A stretch of DNA of 53,069 bases, from NCBI GenBank assembly GCA_005888115.1, contig VBKO01000053.1, positions 1 through 53,069 of the forward strand. Direction: 5' to 3'. The notes under the pieces are model-generated. The model had not been told where the DNA came from. It was given only the letters and a program-made list of their open reading frames with translations, and searched no databases. A program made the translations under genes and the position numbers. Source of the stretch: Deltaproteobacteria bacterium. Lineage in GTDB: Bacteria; Myxococcota; Myxococcia; Myxococcales; 40CM-4-68-19. Positions 11,724-22,651 of the stretch are shown here, piece by piece; within the stretch, counting starts at the first letter, position 1; each line of letters starts with the position of its first letter.

Positions 11724-11727
<4 letters not shown>
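11273..11727 (-). pseudogene. biotin carboxyl carrier (biotinyl-domain) gene, internally deleted and frameshifted
   Basis: TTG start at 11727 overlaps the biotin carboxylase stop. The ORF 10780..11727 frame gives ...SPMPGKVVRVLVKQGDQV. The ORF 11273..11950 frame gives LVSELHAQEGQAVEAGARLAVVV-stop. No AMKM motif in any frame. The 455-nt span is not a multiple of 3. Confidence 0.7.
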
Positions 11728-13268
<1,541 letters not shown>

Positions 13269-13491
13269 GCTTCATTCCTCCCGAGACGCGCGAAACTTAT
13301 CTCGCGCACGGCGCGGCGGCCAGCCCGCTGGCGCCATCCGTCGCCCCGCCTGCTCCGCTGTGAGCGCTGCGGAGCCTGTGTGCCACGTCGCGCGAGAAGC
13401 ACCCCGGACGCCCCCGCGCAGAGCCTTGCACTCTTACACTCCTGTCTTGCTACTCCCCTCCCGACCCGTAGTCCGCAGTCGGGGGGAAGCC

Positions 13492-13689
13492 ATGGAATTC
13501 GACCGGCAGGACCTTTCCTGGAAGGCCAGGCACGACCGGCGCGCGCCCAGCCGCGGCGCGGGCCGGCTGATCGTCGCGCTGGCGTTCCTCGCCGCGGCCG
13601 CCGTGGCCGCGCAGGTCGAATCTTCGCCTTCGCGGATCGCCCGTGCGAAGGTCACCGTGACGGTCGCGGCGACTCCCGACGCGCCGTGA
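13492..13689 (+). CDS. small hypothetical protein with one hydrophobic helix (65 aa)
   Basis: ATG preceded by GGGGGGAAGCC. Very high third-position GC. Sequence MEFDRQDLSWKARHDRRAPSRGAGRLIVALAFLAAAAVAAQV... Ends 14 nt before the next gene. No family recognised. Confidence 0.4.
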   Translation: MEFDRQDLSWKARHDRRAPSRGAGRLIVALAFLAAAAVAAQVESSPSRIARAKVTVTVAATPDAP

Positions 13690-13703
13690 CCTGGAGACAC
13701 ATC

Positions 13704-15116
13704 ATGAAGCGAATCCTTCTCGCCCTGGCGCTCTGCGCCGCCGCGTGCAAGCCATCGGGGGACGCTCCGCAATCCCCGAAGGGCTCGGTGATCGTCCTCG
13801 GTCAGCTGATCGACCGGACCGGCTCCATCGCGACGCCGAGCTGGGCCGAATCCATCCGGTTGGCAGTCGCGCACGCCAACCAGGTCCTGAAGCAGTCCGG
13901 CAAGACCGTGCGCTTCGAGGTGGCCGAGGCGAACTCCGGCAACGCGCCGGAGATGGCGCGCGCCGGCGCCCTGCAGCTCGTCAAGCAGCAGAATGCGAAG
14001 GCGATCATCACCGATTCGAGCCAGGACGACATCGGCGTCAACATGCTGAACTACGACGGCGACGCCTCGCACCAGCTGGACGTCCCCATCGTGTGCATGG
14101 CGTGCACCTCGCCCGCGATCGACAACCCCCAGGCGCAGGACGCCGACCCGGTGAAGCAGGCCGCTCTGCGCAACGGCAAGGGCTGGAACTTCCGCACCAC
14201 CATGTCGGACGCCTACCAGGCGCGCATGGTGGTCCACATGCTCGTCTCCGCCGGTCAGCGCGGCGACGTGAACGGGGACGGCAAGTTCAAGCTGTCCATC
14301 TACGCCAGCGACGATCCGTACGGCCACGGTTTCTCGGACGCGATCAAGGGCGACGCGCTCAAGGCGCACCCGGGCGCGATCATCGAGCAGATTTACCATG
14401 ATGTGAAGGCCAATCCGGCCGAGTACGACTGGGCCGCGGACGTGGCCAAGGTGACGGACAAGAAGAGCCACGCGAAGGCCGACGCTCTGCCCGACGCCGT
14501 GGTCGAGATCACCTTCCCGAAGTTCTCGGTGGGCTTCACCAAGGCGTTCCTGGCGAGTGGATCGAAGGTCCGTCTCGTGCACACCCACAACTTCCGCGCG
14601 GCGCGCATCATCGAGACGCTGAAGGCCTCCGTCGAGGGCCAGGAAGGCACCTCGCAGGCAGTGCTGGGCGAGGGCACCGCGGCCCAGGCATTCACCGAGG
14701 ACCTGAAGGCGTCGACCGGACAGCCGCCGGCCTTCCGCGATGCCGCCGCGTATGACGCCGCCATGACCGTCATGCTCGCCGCGCTGCAGGCCGCCGAGCG
14801 CAGGCACCTGCCGGATGCCGGCCTGGTGAGCGGAGCGGAGATCCGCGACGCGATGCGGGCCATCAACGACGCGAAGGGCGAGCGCGTGAGCGCGGGGACC
14901 GCCGGCGTGGCGCGGGCCCTGGAGCTGATCGCGGCCGGCAAGCCGCTCGACTACCAGGGCGCCTCCGGTCCCTGCAACTTCGACGAGCGCGGCGACGTGG
15001 TGGCGCAGCTGGCGCGCTTCCAGGTGCAGGGCGGCAAGTTCGTGGACGTCGACCGGTTCGACTGCCTGAAGGACCCCTCCTGCCCGCAGGTGCACGAGCG
15101 CGCCGAGGGCCGCTGA
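13704..15116 (+). CDS. solute-binding lipoprotein, Leu/Ile/Val-binding (Peripla_BP_6-like) family
   Basis: In-frame ATG inside ORF 11649..15116. Signal peptide plus lipobox (MKRILLALALCAAAC). LivK-like N-terminal pattern VIVLGQLIDRTGSIATPSWAESIRLAVAHANQ. No permease or ATPase genes adjacent. Confidence 0.8.
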   Translation: MKRILLALALCAAACKPSGDAPQSPKGSVIVLGQLIDRTGSIATPSWAESIRLAVAHANQVLKQSGKTVRFEVAEANSGNAPEMARAGALQLVKQQNAKAIITDSSQDDIGVNMLNYDGDASHQLDVPIVCMACTSPAIDNPQAQDADPVKQAALRNGKGWNFRTTMSDAYQARMVVHMLVSAGQRGDVNGDGKFKLSIYASDDPYGHGFSDAIKGDALKAHPGAIIEQIYHDVKANPAEYDWAADVAKVTDKKSHAKADALPDAVVEITFPKFSVGFTKAFLASGSKVRLVHTHNFRAARIIETLKASVEGQEGTSQAVLGEGTAAQAFTEDLKASTGQPPAFRDAAAYDAAMTVMLAALQAAERRHLPDAGLVSGAEIRDAMRAINDAKGERVSAGTAGVARALELIAAGKPLDYQGASGPCNFDERGDVVAQLARFQVQGGKFVDVDRFDCLKDPSCPQVHERAEGR

Positions 15117-15138
15117 GGTAAAGCTCCGCTGTTCCGGG

Positions 15139-15178
15139 ACGCCCGTCCGCGATTCGCGGGCGGGCGTTCTCGTTCTTC
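15139..15178. terminator. GC-rich hairpin between convergent genes (bidirectional intrinsic terminator candidate)
   Basis: Arms acgcccgtccgcg / cgcgggcgggcgt (13 bp, one G-U pair) with loop att, followed by tctcgttctt. Lies between the stops at 15116 (+) and 15206 (-). Confidence 0.55.
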
Positions 15179-15205
15179 CGAGCGCCGCGGAGCGGCCCGT
15201 AGCGC

Positions 15206-16174
15206 TCAGGGTTCCGTTCCGCCGGAGGCGAGCTGAGGGGGGCGCGCCGCGCGGAAGAGGAGAGGGTCCGCCGGGCCGCGGGGCAAGTCGAGCTGGTAGT
15301 GCAGGTGCGGGCCGGTGGAGAGGCCGCTGTTTCCCGAGAGGGCGATGACCTGCCCCCTGGTCACCACCTCGCCCGGCGCAACCAGCAGCGCGTCGTTGTG
15401 GCAGTACACCGTGGAGACGCCACTGCCGTGGTCGACGAGCACGAGCCGCCCGCTCACCCGATCGTCGCTGGCGCGGCGCACGATGCCTTCGGCGGCGGCG
15501 CGGACGGGAGTGCCGACCGGGATTCCCAGATCGATCCCTGAGTGGAAGCGGCGCGCGCCGAGCAAAGGGTGTGCGCGCACTCCGAACGGAGAGGTCACCT
15601 GCGCCGAGTCGGGCAGCGGCCACCCCAGCGCATACGCGGTGCCTAGCGTCAGCGCGGTGGCGGCCAACGCGACCCGGTCGGCGTAGAGCGGCGGGAGCTG
15701 CCGTGCGAGCTCCTCCAGGCTCGCTCCGCCACGGCCGGACCCGGACCGCTCGCGGGCGAATCGCGCCGCTTCCTCCCCGCAGAAGAGGGACAGCACGGCC
15801 GCCTCGCGGGACCCTTGCCGCTGGGCCTCGCGGCCGATCCAATCTCCCAGCGCGTCTGCGGAACCCGAACGCAGTCCGGCCCGGGCGAGCACCTGCGCGC
15901 GATCCGCGGGCGACGTCCTCTCCAGGGCCGACTGCGCGCCGAGACCCAGCGCCGCTCCCGGCGAGAGCACCGCGCGTGGCGGGAGCGGTTCGGCGAGCTG
16001 GAACGTGCGCGCTCCGGCGCCGTAGTACGAGAGAAGCGGCGGCGTCGCGCTCCGGGCACCGAACAGGCGCGCAAAGGCCGTGCGCAGCAGCGCGCCGGGC
16101 GGTGTGTGGTACCAGGCCGCCCACAGGCAGAGGGCGGCGAGTACAAGGTCCGCGAGGCTGCGCGCGCGCCGCAT
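15206..16174 (-). CDS. M23 family (LytM-type) metallopeptidase
   Basis: Last 322 aa of ORF 15206..16960, starting at MRRARSLADLVLAALCLW (N-terminal anchor). M23 motifs: HSGIDLGIPVGTPV and GNSGLSTGPHLHYQL. Confidence 0.88.
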   Translation of the reverse strand: MRRARSLADLVLAALCLWAAWYHTPPGALLRTAFARLFGARSATPPLLSYYGAGARTFQLAEPLPPRAVLSPGAALGLGAQSALERTSPADRAQVLARAGLRSGSADALGDWIGREAQRQGSREAAVLSLFCGEEAARFARERSGSGRGGASLEELARQLPPLYADRVALAATALTLGTAYALGWPLPDSAQVTSPFGVRAHPLLGARRFHSGIDLGIPVGTPVRAAAEGIVRRASDDRVSGRLVLVDHGSGVSTVYCHNDALLVAPGEVVTRGQVIALSGNSGLSTGPHLHYQLDLPRGPADPLLFRAARPPQLASGGTEP

Positions 16175-16917
16175 CACCGCAGGAACGAAAGCAAGGGCGC
16201 GGCGCGGAGGGCGGCTAGCGCCAGCGGAAGGAGGAGCAGCGCGCCAGGCAGCCCGACGGTGAACGCCCGCGCCCGCCGGAAGGGGATGCGATCGGAGCGC
16301 GCGTCTGCGCGGACGAGCGCGTACACGACGGCGCGCCAGGCGATGAAGCTGACCAGGCCCAGGACGGCGGCGAGCGCGCATCCGCGGGCGAGCGCGTCCG
16401 CCGCGGAACCGATGGCGCCGCGCAGGCCGAAATGAAGCGTGCCCTCCAGGAGGCGCCCGACGGCGCACGATCCGGCAAGCGCGACCGCGCCCGTGGCGAA
16501 CGGATGCGCGACGCGCAAGGTGGTCGGGCGCACCCGAGCCTTGGCCGCGAGCTCGCGGAACCTCTTCACCTCGTCCGCGCGCTCGTCGTAGCCCAGCATG
16601 GGCAGCGCGAGCAGCGCGTCCGCGGCCAGCTCCCAGAGGAGCGCGACGGCGCGGGCGAAGAAGATGCGCTGTGAAGGCCCGACGAGATCGACCAGCGGAG
16701 CGGTCACCGACCACCGGGAGACGAGCCCATCGAAAGCCGCGTCGGCGGCGTCGACCATCCGCAGGATGATCTCGCCGACGACGTCCGCTGCCGTGTGCAC
16801 GCCCACCGCGACGAGCGCGCAGAGCGCCAGCGGGAGGAAGAACCACCGCAGCCGATCGGCGAGGCGCGCGGCGGCGTCGAGCGCGCCGGCGGGCGGGTCG
16901 GTCGCGGGCACGGGCAT
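16174..16917 (-). CDS. hypothetical membrane protein
   Basis: ORF 16174..16953, with ATG at Met13 preferred over the TTG ORF start. Several hydrophobic segments. Its stop overlaps the M23 start by 1 nt. No family recognised. Confidence 0.6.
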   Translation of the reverse strand: MPVPATDPPAGALDAAARLADRLRWFFLPLALCALVAVGVHTAADVVGEIILRMVDAADAAFDGLVSRWSVTAPLVDLVGPSQRIFFARAVALLWELAADALLALPMLGYDERADEVKRFRELAAKARVRPTTLRVAHPFATGAVALAGSCAVGRLLEGTLHFGLRGAIGSAADALARGCALAAVLGLVSFIAWRAVVYALVRADARSDRIPFRRARAFTVGLPGALLLLPLALAALRAAPLLSFLR

Positions 16918-17041
16918 CGGCCGATCTTCGCCGCGCGCCACCCGGACGCGCAAGGTTCAATCTGCAGAGTGGGTGGGTGCTGCGGCGACATGGTTCAGCG
17001 CCGACCAGCGAGGTGACCCGATCGTGTTCGCGATCGCGCGG

Positions 17042-17659
17042 TCACTCCGTCTTGCGCGCCACCAGCCTCCGTAGATTGCGATTCACCCGGCGTTCGTCAA
17101 TCTGGAAGCCCGCGCGGCGCACCGCGGCCTCGGTGTCACGGTTGGGATGGCACCCGCCCGTGATGCGCGTCCAGGCAGGCTGGATGAAGTCCTGCCAGCG
17201 CGCCTCCCAGCGCCGCTCCGAGCGGACGTGCTCGAGCAGGCGCACCGCCCCCGGATCGCGCAGCACGCGGCGGACTTCGGCGAGCGCCGCGCCGGGGTCG
17301 GGTACGCTGCAGAGCACGAGGCTGATCGCCACCGTGTCGAAGCTCGTGGCGCGGAACGGCAAGGCCTCGGCGCTCGCGCAGACGAGCGGAACGGCTGGCG
17401 CACGACGGTGGGCGCGCCGCAGCGAGTCGAGCGAAGGGTCGATTCCCATCACCCGTGCGGACCGTGGATACCGCGGCAGGTTGCGCCCCGTCCCGCAGCC
17501 GACCTCCAGCGCGCGCCCGCTTGCGCCGCGGGTCAGCCACGCGCGGAGCTTCCACAGGCCGATGCGGTCGGTCACCGCCATCACCGCGTCGTAGAGCAGC
17601 GGGATCTGCTCGATTCCGCGCACGAGGATGCCTCCAGGGATGCAGCGGCCGGACAGCAT
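17042..17659 (-). CDS. class I SAM-dependent methyltransferase
   Basis: ORF 17042..17659. Motif I is ALEVGCGTGRN; also FDTVAISLVLCSV and GAVRLLEH. Confidence 0.85.
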   Translation of the reverse strand: MLSGRCIPGGILVRGIEQIPLLYDAVMAVTDRIGLWKLRAWLTRGASGRALEVGCGTGRNLPRYPRSARVMGIDPSLDSLRRAHRRAPAVPLVCASAEALPFRATSFDTVAISLVLCSVPDPGAALAEVRRVLRDPGAVRLLEHVRSERRWEARWQDFIQPAWTRITGGCHPNRDTEAAVRRAGFQIDERRVNRNLRRLVARKTE

Positions 17660-17681
17660 ATCGCCGCGCCGACGGCCGCGA

Positions 17682-19301
17682 CTACAGAGGGATGTTGCCG
17701 TGCTTGCGGCGCGGCACTTCGGCGCGCTTGGTCCGCAGCATCTGCAGGGCCCGGCACAGGCGCGGGCGCGTGTCCTCCGGAACGATCACCTCGTCCACGT
17801 AGCCCAGCTCGGCAGCCTTGTATGGGTTCGCGAAGGTATTCCGGTAGCTCTGCACCAGGTCCTCGCGCGTCTTGGTGCCTTTCTCCAGCTCGCGGCGGAA
17901 GACGATGTTGACCGCGCCCTCCGGACCCATCACGGCGATCTCGGCGGTGGGCCAGGCGAGGTTCACGTCGGCGCGGATGTGCTTGGACGCCATCACGTCG
18001 TAAGCGCCTCCGTACGCCTTCCGCGTGATCACCGTCAGCTTGGGCACGGTGGCCTCGGCGAAGGCGTAGAGCAGCTTCGCCCCGTGCGTGATGATCCCGC
18101 CCCACTCCTGCTCGGTGCCGGGGAGGAAACCCGGCACGTCCACGAAGGTGACCAGCGGGATGTTGAAGGCGTCACAGGTGCGCACGAACCGCGCCGCTTT
18201 CCGCGAGGCGCCGATGTCCAATACGCCCGCCAGCACCGCCGGCTGGTTCGCCACGATGCCGACCGACTGGCCGCCGAGGCGCGCGAATCCGGTCACGATG
18301 TTGCGCGCGTAGTGCTCAGCCACCTCGAGGAAGTGGCGGTCGTCGACCACCGCGCGCACCACCTCCTTGATGTCGTAAGGCTTGTTCGGGCTCTCGGGGA
18401 CCAGGGTCTTCAGCGCCTCGTCGCGCCGGTCGGGCGGATCCTGCGTGGCGACCATCGGCGGCGCATCGAGGTTGTTCGACGGCAGGAAGGAGAGGAGCTC
18501 GCGCAGGATGCGGATGGCGCCCGCCTCGTCCTCGGCGGCGAAGTGGGCCACGCCGCTCTTCGCGTTGTGCGCCTGCGCGCCGCCCAGCTCCTCCTTCGTC
18601 ACCTCCTCGTGCGTCACCGTCTTGATGACGTCGGGGCCGGTGATGAACATGTAGCTCGTGCCCTTGGTCATGACGATGAAGTCGGTCATGGCGGGCGAGT
18701 AGACCGCGCCGCCGGCGCAGGGACCCAAGATGGCGGAGAGCTGCGGGACGACTCCCGAGGCCGAGACGTTGCGGTAGAAGATCTCCGCGTAGCCGGCGAG
18801 CGACACCACGCCTTCCTGGATGCGCGCCCCACCCGAGTCGTTCAAGCCGATGACCGGGCACCCGGTGGAGACGGCGAGATCCATCACCTTGCAGATCTTC
18901 TCCGCGTAGGCGCCCGAGAGCGACCCGCCGAACACCGTGAAGTCCTGCGCGAAGACGAACACCTGCCGGCCCTCGACGGTGCCGTAGCCGGTGACCACCC
19001 CGTCGCCGAGGATCTTCTTCTTCTGCATGCCGAAGTCGTCGCAGCGGTGGACCTTGAACTTGTCCAGCTCGACGAAGCTGCCCGGATCGAGCAGCAGCTC
19101 GGTACGCTCGCGCGCGGTGAGCTTCCCCTCTTCGTGCTGCTTCTCGACGCGTTCCTCACCGCCGCCCAGCTCCGCCTGGGCGTCGAGCGCCGCGAGCCTT
19201 TCGCGGGCTCCCATGTCCGCCAGCCGCTGGCTCCGTTCCACGGAGGAAATCCCCCCGGGCGGCTCGGCTTTCGGCGAATCTTTCGCGTTCTCGTCGGCCA
19301 T
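17682..19301 (-). CDS. pccB: acyl-CoA carboxylase carboxyltransferase beta subunit (propionyl-CoA carboxylase beta-like)
   Basis: ORF 17682..19301, 539 aa. Carboxyltransferase signatures: [64 protein letters not shown]. Confidence 0.93.
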   Translation of the reverse strand: MADENAKDSPKAEPPGGISSVERSQRLADMGARERLAALDAQAELGGGEERVEKQHEEGKLTARERTELLLDPGSFVELDKFKVHRCDDFGMQKKKILGDGVVTGYGTVEGRQVFVFAQDFTVFGGSLSGAYAEKICKVMDLAVSTGCPVIGLNDSGGARIQEGVVSLAGYAEIFYRNVSASGVVPQLSAILGPCAGGAVYSPAMTDFIVMTKGTSYMFITGPDVIKTVTHEEVTKEELGGAQAHNAKSGVAHFAAEDEAGAIRILRELLSFLPSNNLDAPPMVATQDPPDRRDEALKTLVPESPNKPYDIKEVVRAVVDDRHFLEVAEHYARNIVTGFARLGGQSVGIVANQPAVLAGVLDIGASRKAARFVRTCDAFNIPLVTFVDVPGFLPGTEQEWGGIITHGAKLLYAFAEATVPKLTVITRKAYGGAYDVMASKHIRADVNLAWPTAEIAVMGPEGAVNIVFRRELEKGTKTREDLVQSYRNTFANPYKAAELGYVDEVIVPEDTRPRLCRALQMLRTKRAEVPRRKHGNIPL

Positions 19302-19368
19302 CGGGCGCGCACCCTACTGAAGACGCGCGCGGCGCGCCAGTCGGAGCCGCACCGGGCGCCCGCCGGGT

Positions 19369-20703
19369 TCAGTGCAGCGGCCAGCGGAGCTCCACCTCCG
19401 CGCCCGCGGGGTGGGGACGGCCGGTGACCGTCACCGGGCCCGACGCGCGCAACAACCCCCCGACGGTGAGGCGGCCGGCGTACAGCGCAGCGGCGAGGCC
19501 ACCGTGGAGCGCATCCAGCGGGGTGAGCTTCTGCAGCACCGCGTCGGCGGCGGCCAGGTCCAGCTGCGCCTCGAGCGCGGAGGTCTCGCCCGCGGCGCGC
19601 GGATCGGCGGGCGCGGCGGCCGGGCAAGGCGTGCCGAACCAGGCGGCGGCCCCGTCCGCGCGGATGCAGAAAGACCGCGGACCCTGCGCGTCCGCGGCGC
19701 CTTCCGACGCGGGGGGCGCGGTAACCGCCTGCAGCCGGAGGGCCCAGAGCGCTTCCCGTTCGCTGGAAAGCAGACGCGGATCGGCGCCGTCGCTCCGCAC
19801 CACGACGCGCTCGGCGACCGCGGCGGCGCCCTGCGCGAGGCGATCCGCTCCGTCGCGGGCTGTCGGTCCGAGCAGCGCGTCCAGGTACGCGTGCGCGGCG
19901 AGCGCGAGCGCCTCCCGCCCCGCGGGTCCCAGCCCGGCGCGCACGCAGAGCAACGAGGCCCCGAGGCAGGCCGAGGCACCGGGCGCGGCGCCGGACAGCA
20001 GCGGTGCGGGAGCGAGCACGAGACCGCGGGCGATCAGGCCGCGCGCCGATCCATCCAGCGAAAGCGCGGCCGCACGCAGCGGATCGGCGCCGCGCAGGAT
20101 CAGCGCGGCGGGTCCGGTGAGCTGCGCGAGACCCGCGGCGAGCGCGCGATCGGCGGAGAGCGGCGCTCCGCCGGTGCGCGCGCCTGCGTGCGCGAGCATC
20201 CCGACCAGCGCCATGGCGCGCGGTCCCGAGGCGGTGAGCAATCGAGACCCACCGGCGACGGACGCCACCACTCCGGCTCGCATCCGGCGGCCCTCTCCGG
20301 CAACCAGCAGACCGCGCACGGGCGGCCCGCGAACGGTGTGGGTGGTGCCGTATTCGGCCAGCCAGGACTGCAGCGCCGAGCGGGCCGCCCTCGCGTCGCG
20401 GACGGGCGCGGTCAGACCGGCGGAACCGCTCAGGAGCACTACCGCCCGCGCGCCGGCGGAAGCGAGCCCCCAGGATAGCGGGTGCGAGAGGACATCCGGG
20501 CCGACCGATGCGGCGAGGCGCGGTCCCGCGGCCAGCGCGGGCGCCCGCTGGGCCACGCCGTCCAGGAAAGCGCGCAGCCCCGCGGCGCCCTGCGCGCCTT
20601 CCAGCAACAGCGCCCCGTCGGCGGCGGTGGGCACGAACGATGCGGCCGACCGCGCTCCCCCGCCGGCGGATGCGGCGGCGCAGAGCAGCGCGAGCGCGAT
20701 CAC
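19369..20703 (-). CDS. Ala/Gly-rich secreted hypothetical protein
   Basis: ORF 19369..20880. Start placed at the GTG giving MIALALLCAAASAGG (signal-like), so that it does not overlap the upstream small gene; start uncertain. No family recognised. Confidence 0.55.
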   Translation of the reverse strand: MIALALLCAAASAGGGARSAASFVPTAADGALLLEGAQGAAGLRAFLDGVAQRAPALAAGPRLAASVGPDVLSHPLSWGLASAGARAVVLLSGSAGLTAPVRDARAARSALQSWLAEYGTTHTVRGPPVRGLLVAGEGRRMRAGVVASVAGGSRLLTASGPRAMALVGMLAHAGARTGGAPLSADRALAAGLAQLTGPAALILRGADPLRAAALSLDGSARGLIARGLVLAPAPLLSGAAPGASACLGASLLCVRAGLGPAGREALALAAHAYLDALLGPTARDGADRLAQGAAAVAERVVVRSDGADPRLLSSEREALWALRLQAVTAPPASEGAADAQGPRSFCIRADGAAAWFGTPCPAAAPADPRAAGETSALEAQLDLAAADAVLQKLTPLDALHGGLAAALYAGRLTVGGLLRASGPVTVTGRPHPAGAEVELRWPLH

Positions 20704-20740
20704 GCGGACACCGCCGTGCCGGCGCCGATTGCGGCCCGCC

Positions 20741-21040
20741 TCACGCGGGGAGCTGCGTCCCGGCCGCCTTCGCCGCTTCGGCGAGCGCTTCTGCCCTTTC
20801 GCGCGCGCGCCGCGCCATGGCTCTGCGCATGTAGCCGTAGCCCAGCACCAACGCCGCGAAGAGCGGGGAGAGCGCGGCACCTACCGTCCAGCCGGAGTGC
20901 TCCGCCAGGAAGGCCCACACCGCGGACGCGGCGGGGCTGAAGAAGTCGCCGTACCACACCAGGGCCCAGACCGCGCCGCAGAGCGCGAACGCGAGGACGT
21001 TCGCGACCAGGAAGAACAGCACGCCGCGCTTGCTCGGCAT
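20741..21040 (-). CDS. small membrane protein (99 aa, about 3 TM)
   Basis: Last 99 aa of ORF 20741..21409 from MPSKRGVLFFLVANVLAFALCG. Hydrophobic segments followed by a basic/Ala-rich tail. Confidence 0.55.
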   Translation of the reverse strand: MPSKRGVLFFLVANVLAFALCGAVWALVWYGDFFSPAASAVWAFLAEHSGWTVGAALSPLFAALVLGYGYMRRAMARRARERAEALAEAAKAAGTQLPA

Positions 21041-21171
21041 GGGCAGGACGTACTGCTTCTCGGGCACGGCTTCCTCCGGGGCCGCGAGGCTAAGGCCCTG
21101 CCGGCCCCGAGGCAAGCATGGAAATGCCCCGAGGTCGGGCTCGCGGAACGGGAACGGCAGGCGCGCGCTGG

Positions 21172-21477
21172 CTAATGTGGCCGTGAGAAGACGGCCTGCA
21201 TGACCAGGAACAGCACCCCGAGTGCCACCCAGATCCCGGCCGTGATGGCAACGAATTTGAAGATCTTGCGTTTTGCTGACCGCTCCTGCGCGGTACCAGT
21301 CACCGCATCGAGCGAGGATACGGCAGAGGACACGGGTCGCTCTTTCTCCTCGCCAGACCGAACTGCCGAAGCGGCGAACTGTTCGGGTTGCCCGAGAATC
21401 GGGCTGCAATGGGGCGCAACCTGGCGCAGACGATCGCGAAGCTCAGCCGCGCGTCCGCTATTCCCTGATCGCTGCAT
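21172..21477 (-). CDS. small tail-anchored membrane protein (101 aa)
   Basis: ORF 21172..21477. C-terminal KIFKFVAITAGIWVALGVLFLVMQAVF is a convincing TM helix. Third-position GC of only about 65% is atypical for this window. Confidence 0.45.
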   Translation of the reverse strand: MQRSGNSGRAAELRDRLRQVAPHCSPILGQPEQFAASAVRSGEEKERPVSSAVSSLDAVTGTAQERSAKRKIFKFVAITAGIWVALGVLFLVMQAVFSRPH

Positions 21478-21749
21478 CGCCGCGGCCAGTCCGAACGTGG
21501 CAAGAAGTTGGAGGGGTGGGTAACGACCGTCGTCGGAACTCTCTTCAAGCGCCCGGATGCCCGTCGGCGACGCGATGTTCGCACAGGTTCGCGGCGGAAA
21601 AGCAACTCGACGACGCTCTCCGCCTCAAACCGATGGCCAGGATCAACGGGGCCTTGCGATTCCAGTCGATTTTCGCGCTTGGTCATCTCTTCCCTTGTGC
21701 CACAAGGTTCTAGAGCACGCGAAGTCCGACGATTGGGGATCCCCGCGTC

Positions 21750-22553
21750 TCAGCGCCGGACCACGACGGCGCCGCACAGCTTGTCGTGGAGCGTCTGGCC
21801 GCGCGGATCGACCAGCGCGAGGGCGAACCCGGCCAGTCCGAGGGCGGCGGACGGTACGGCGAGCGCCGCGCGCGCCAGCGCCTCCCCGACCGTGAGCGTT
21901 CCGCCGCGCTGCGACTCCACGCGCAGGCCGGCGAGGGCGAGGCCCGGCGTGCGCCCGCCTAGCGCAGTGAAGAGCCAGGAATACGCGATCGCGAGAAGGG
22001 CGCAGACGGTGCCCCACAGTGTCGGAAGGCGCGGTCCGCGGAGCAGGAGATCCAGCCCGTAGTCAGCGGAACCGGGTGGCCGCGCGAGGAGCGCGGTCGC
22101 GAGGGCGAGGTGGAGGGATCCGCAGGCGAGCACGATGGCGAGGTCCACCGACCAGGCGAGGAGTTGGGCCGGTGCGGACGGGCGGGCGGGGGTGGAGGTC
22201 GACCTTGGGGTCGAGGACGAGGTTGGGGTGGAGGGCGTGGTCGACGCTTGGGGCGAGGGCGAGGGCTGCTCGTCTGCGGCCGGGTCACCCGCGGGGGGCA
22301 AGGGCGTCCAGATCGGCTTCGCGGTCGCGGGAATCGGGAAACGCTCTGTCGGAGCAGGCGCCGGTCCCTCTGGCGTGGCTTCTTGCCAGGCGATCGGGCC
22401 CGGCAGCTCGTCGGCGAAGCGCACGGCCAGCGGCGGCGGCGGGTCGGACTCGATGGACAGCGGCGGCCCTGGCTCTCGCGGATTGAGCGCGAAGCAGCGC
22501 AGGCAACGGTCGGCGAGGGGCGGCAGCGGGTGCGAGCAACGATGGCAGAGCAT
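21750..22553 (-). CDS. RDD family membrane protein with N-terminal zinc-ribbon and Pro/Ser/Thr-rich linker
   Basis: ORF 21750..22631, start at [21 protein letters not shown] (CxxC...CxxC). The C-terminal membrane domain ends ...[19 protein letters not shown], typical of RDD proteins. Confidence 0.8.
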   Translation of the reverse strand: MLCHRCSHPLPPLADRCLRCFALNPREPGPPLSIESDPPPPLAVRFADELPGPIAWQEATPEGPAPAPTERFPIPATAKPIWTPLPPAGDPAADEQPSPSPQASTTPSTPTSSSTPRSTSTPARPSAPAQLLAWSVDLAIVLACGSLHLALATALLARPPGSADYGLDLLLRGPRLPTLWGTVCALLAIAYSWLFTALGGRTPGLALAGLRVESQRGGTLTVGEALARAALAVPSAALGLAGFALALVDPRGQTLHDKLCGAVVVRR

Positions 22554-22651
22554 GTGGCGAAAAGTACGGGGGGCGCGGGTCGGGTCAACAATTCTGCCGC
22601 CTTGTCGCAGCGGTTCCGAAGCGTTATTCACCGCGCCGCACGGAGGCGCGC

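Noticed and set aside
13434-16124. Very long ORFs such as 13434..16124 (-), 28078..31269 (+), 5073..6857 (-), 40299..42956 (- upstream part), 3384..5942 (+ upstream part) and 22135..25110 (+ upstream part).
   Set aside because: These are Arg/Ala/Pro/Gly-rich translations lying antisense to, or frame-shifted against, genes with clear family signatures. They are typical high-GC artefacts. Only the in-frame portions with recognisable domains were kept.
21691-21705. TGGCAC word inside the CCTTGTGGCACAAGG palindrome (minus strand), and another TGGCAC near 13380, as possible sigma-54 promoters.
   Set aside because: No GC dinucleotide lies at the required GG-N10-GC spacing. Only the 37473-37488 site keeps the spacing.
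22148-22433. Repetitive-looking Pro/Ser/Thr-coding DNA here and at 41073-41328, considered as possible tandem repeats or a CRISPR-like array.
   Set aside because: These are in-frame low-complexity linkers of the RDD protein and the OMP. There are no regular repeat-spacer units.
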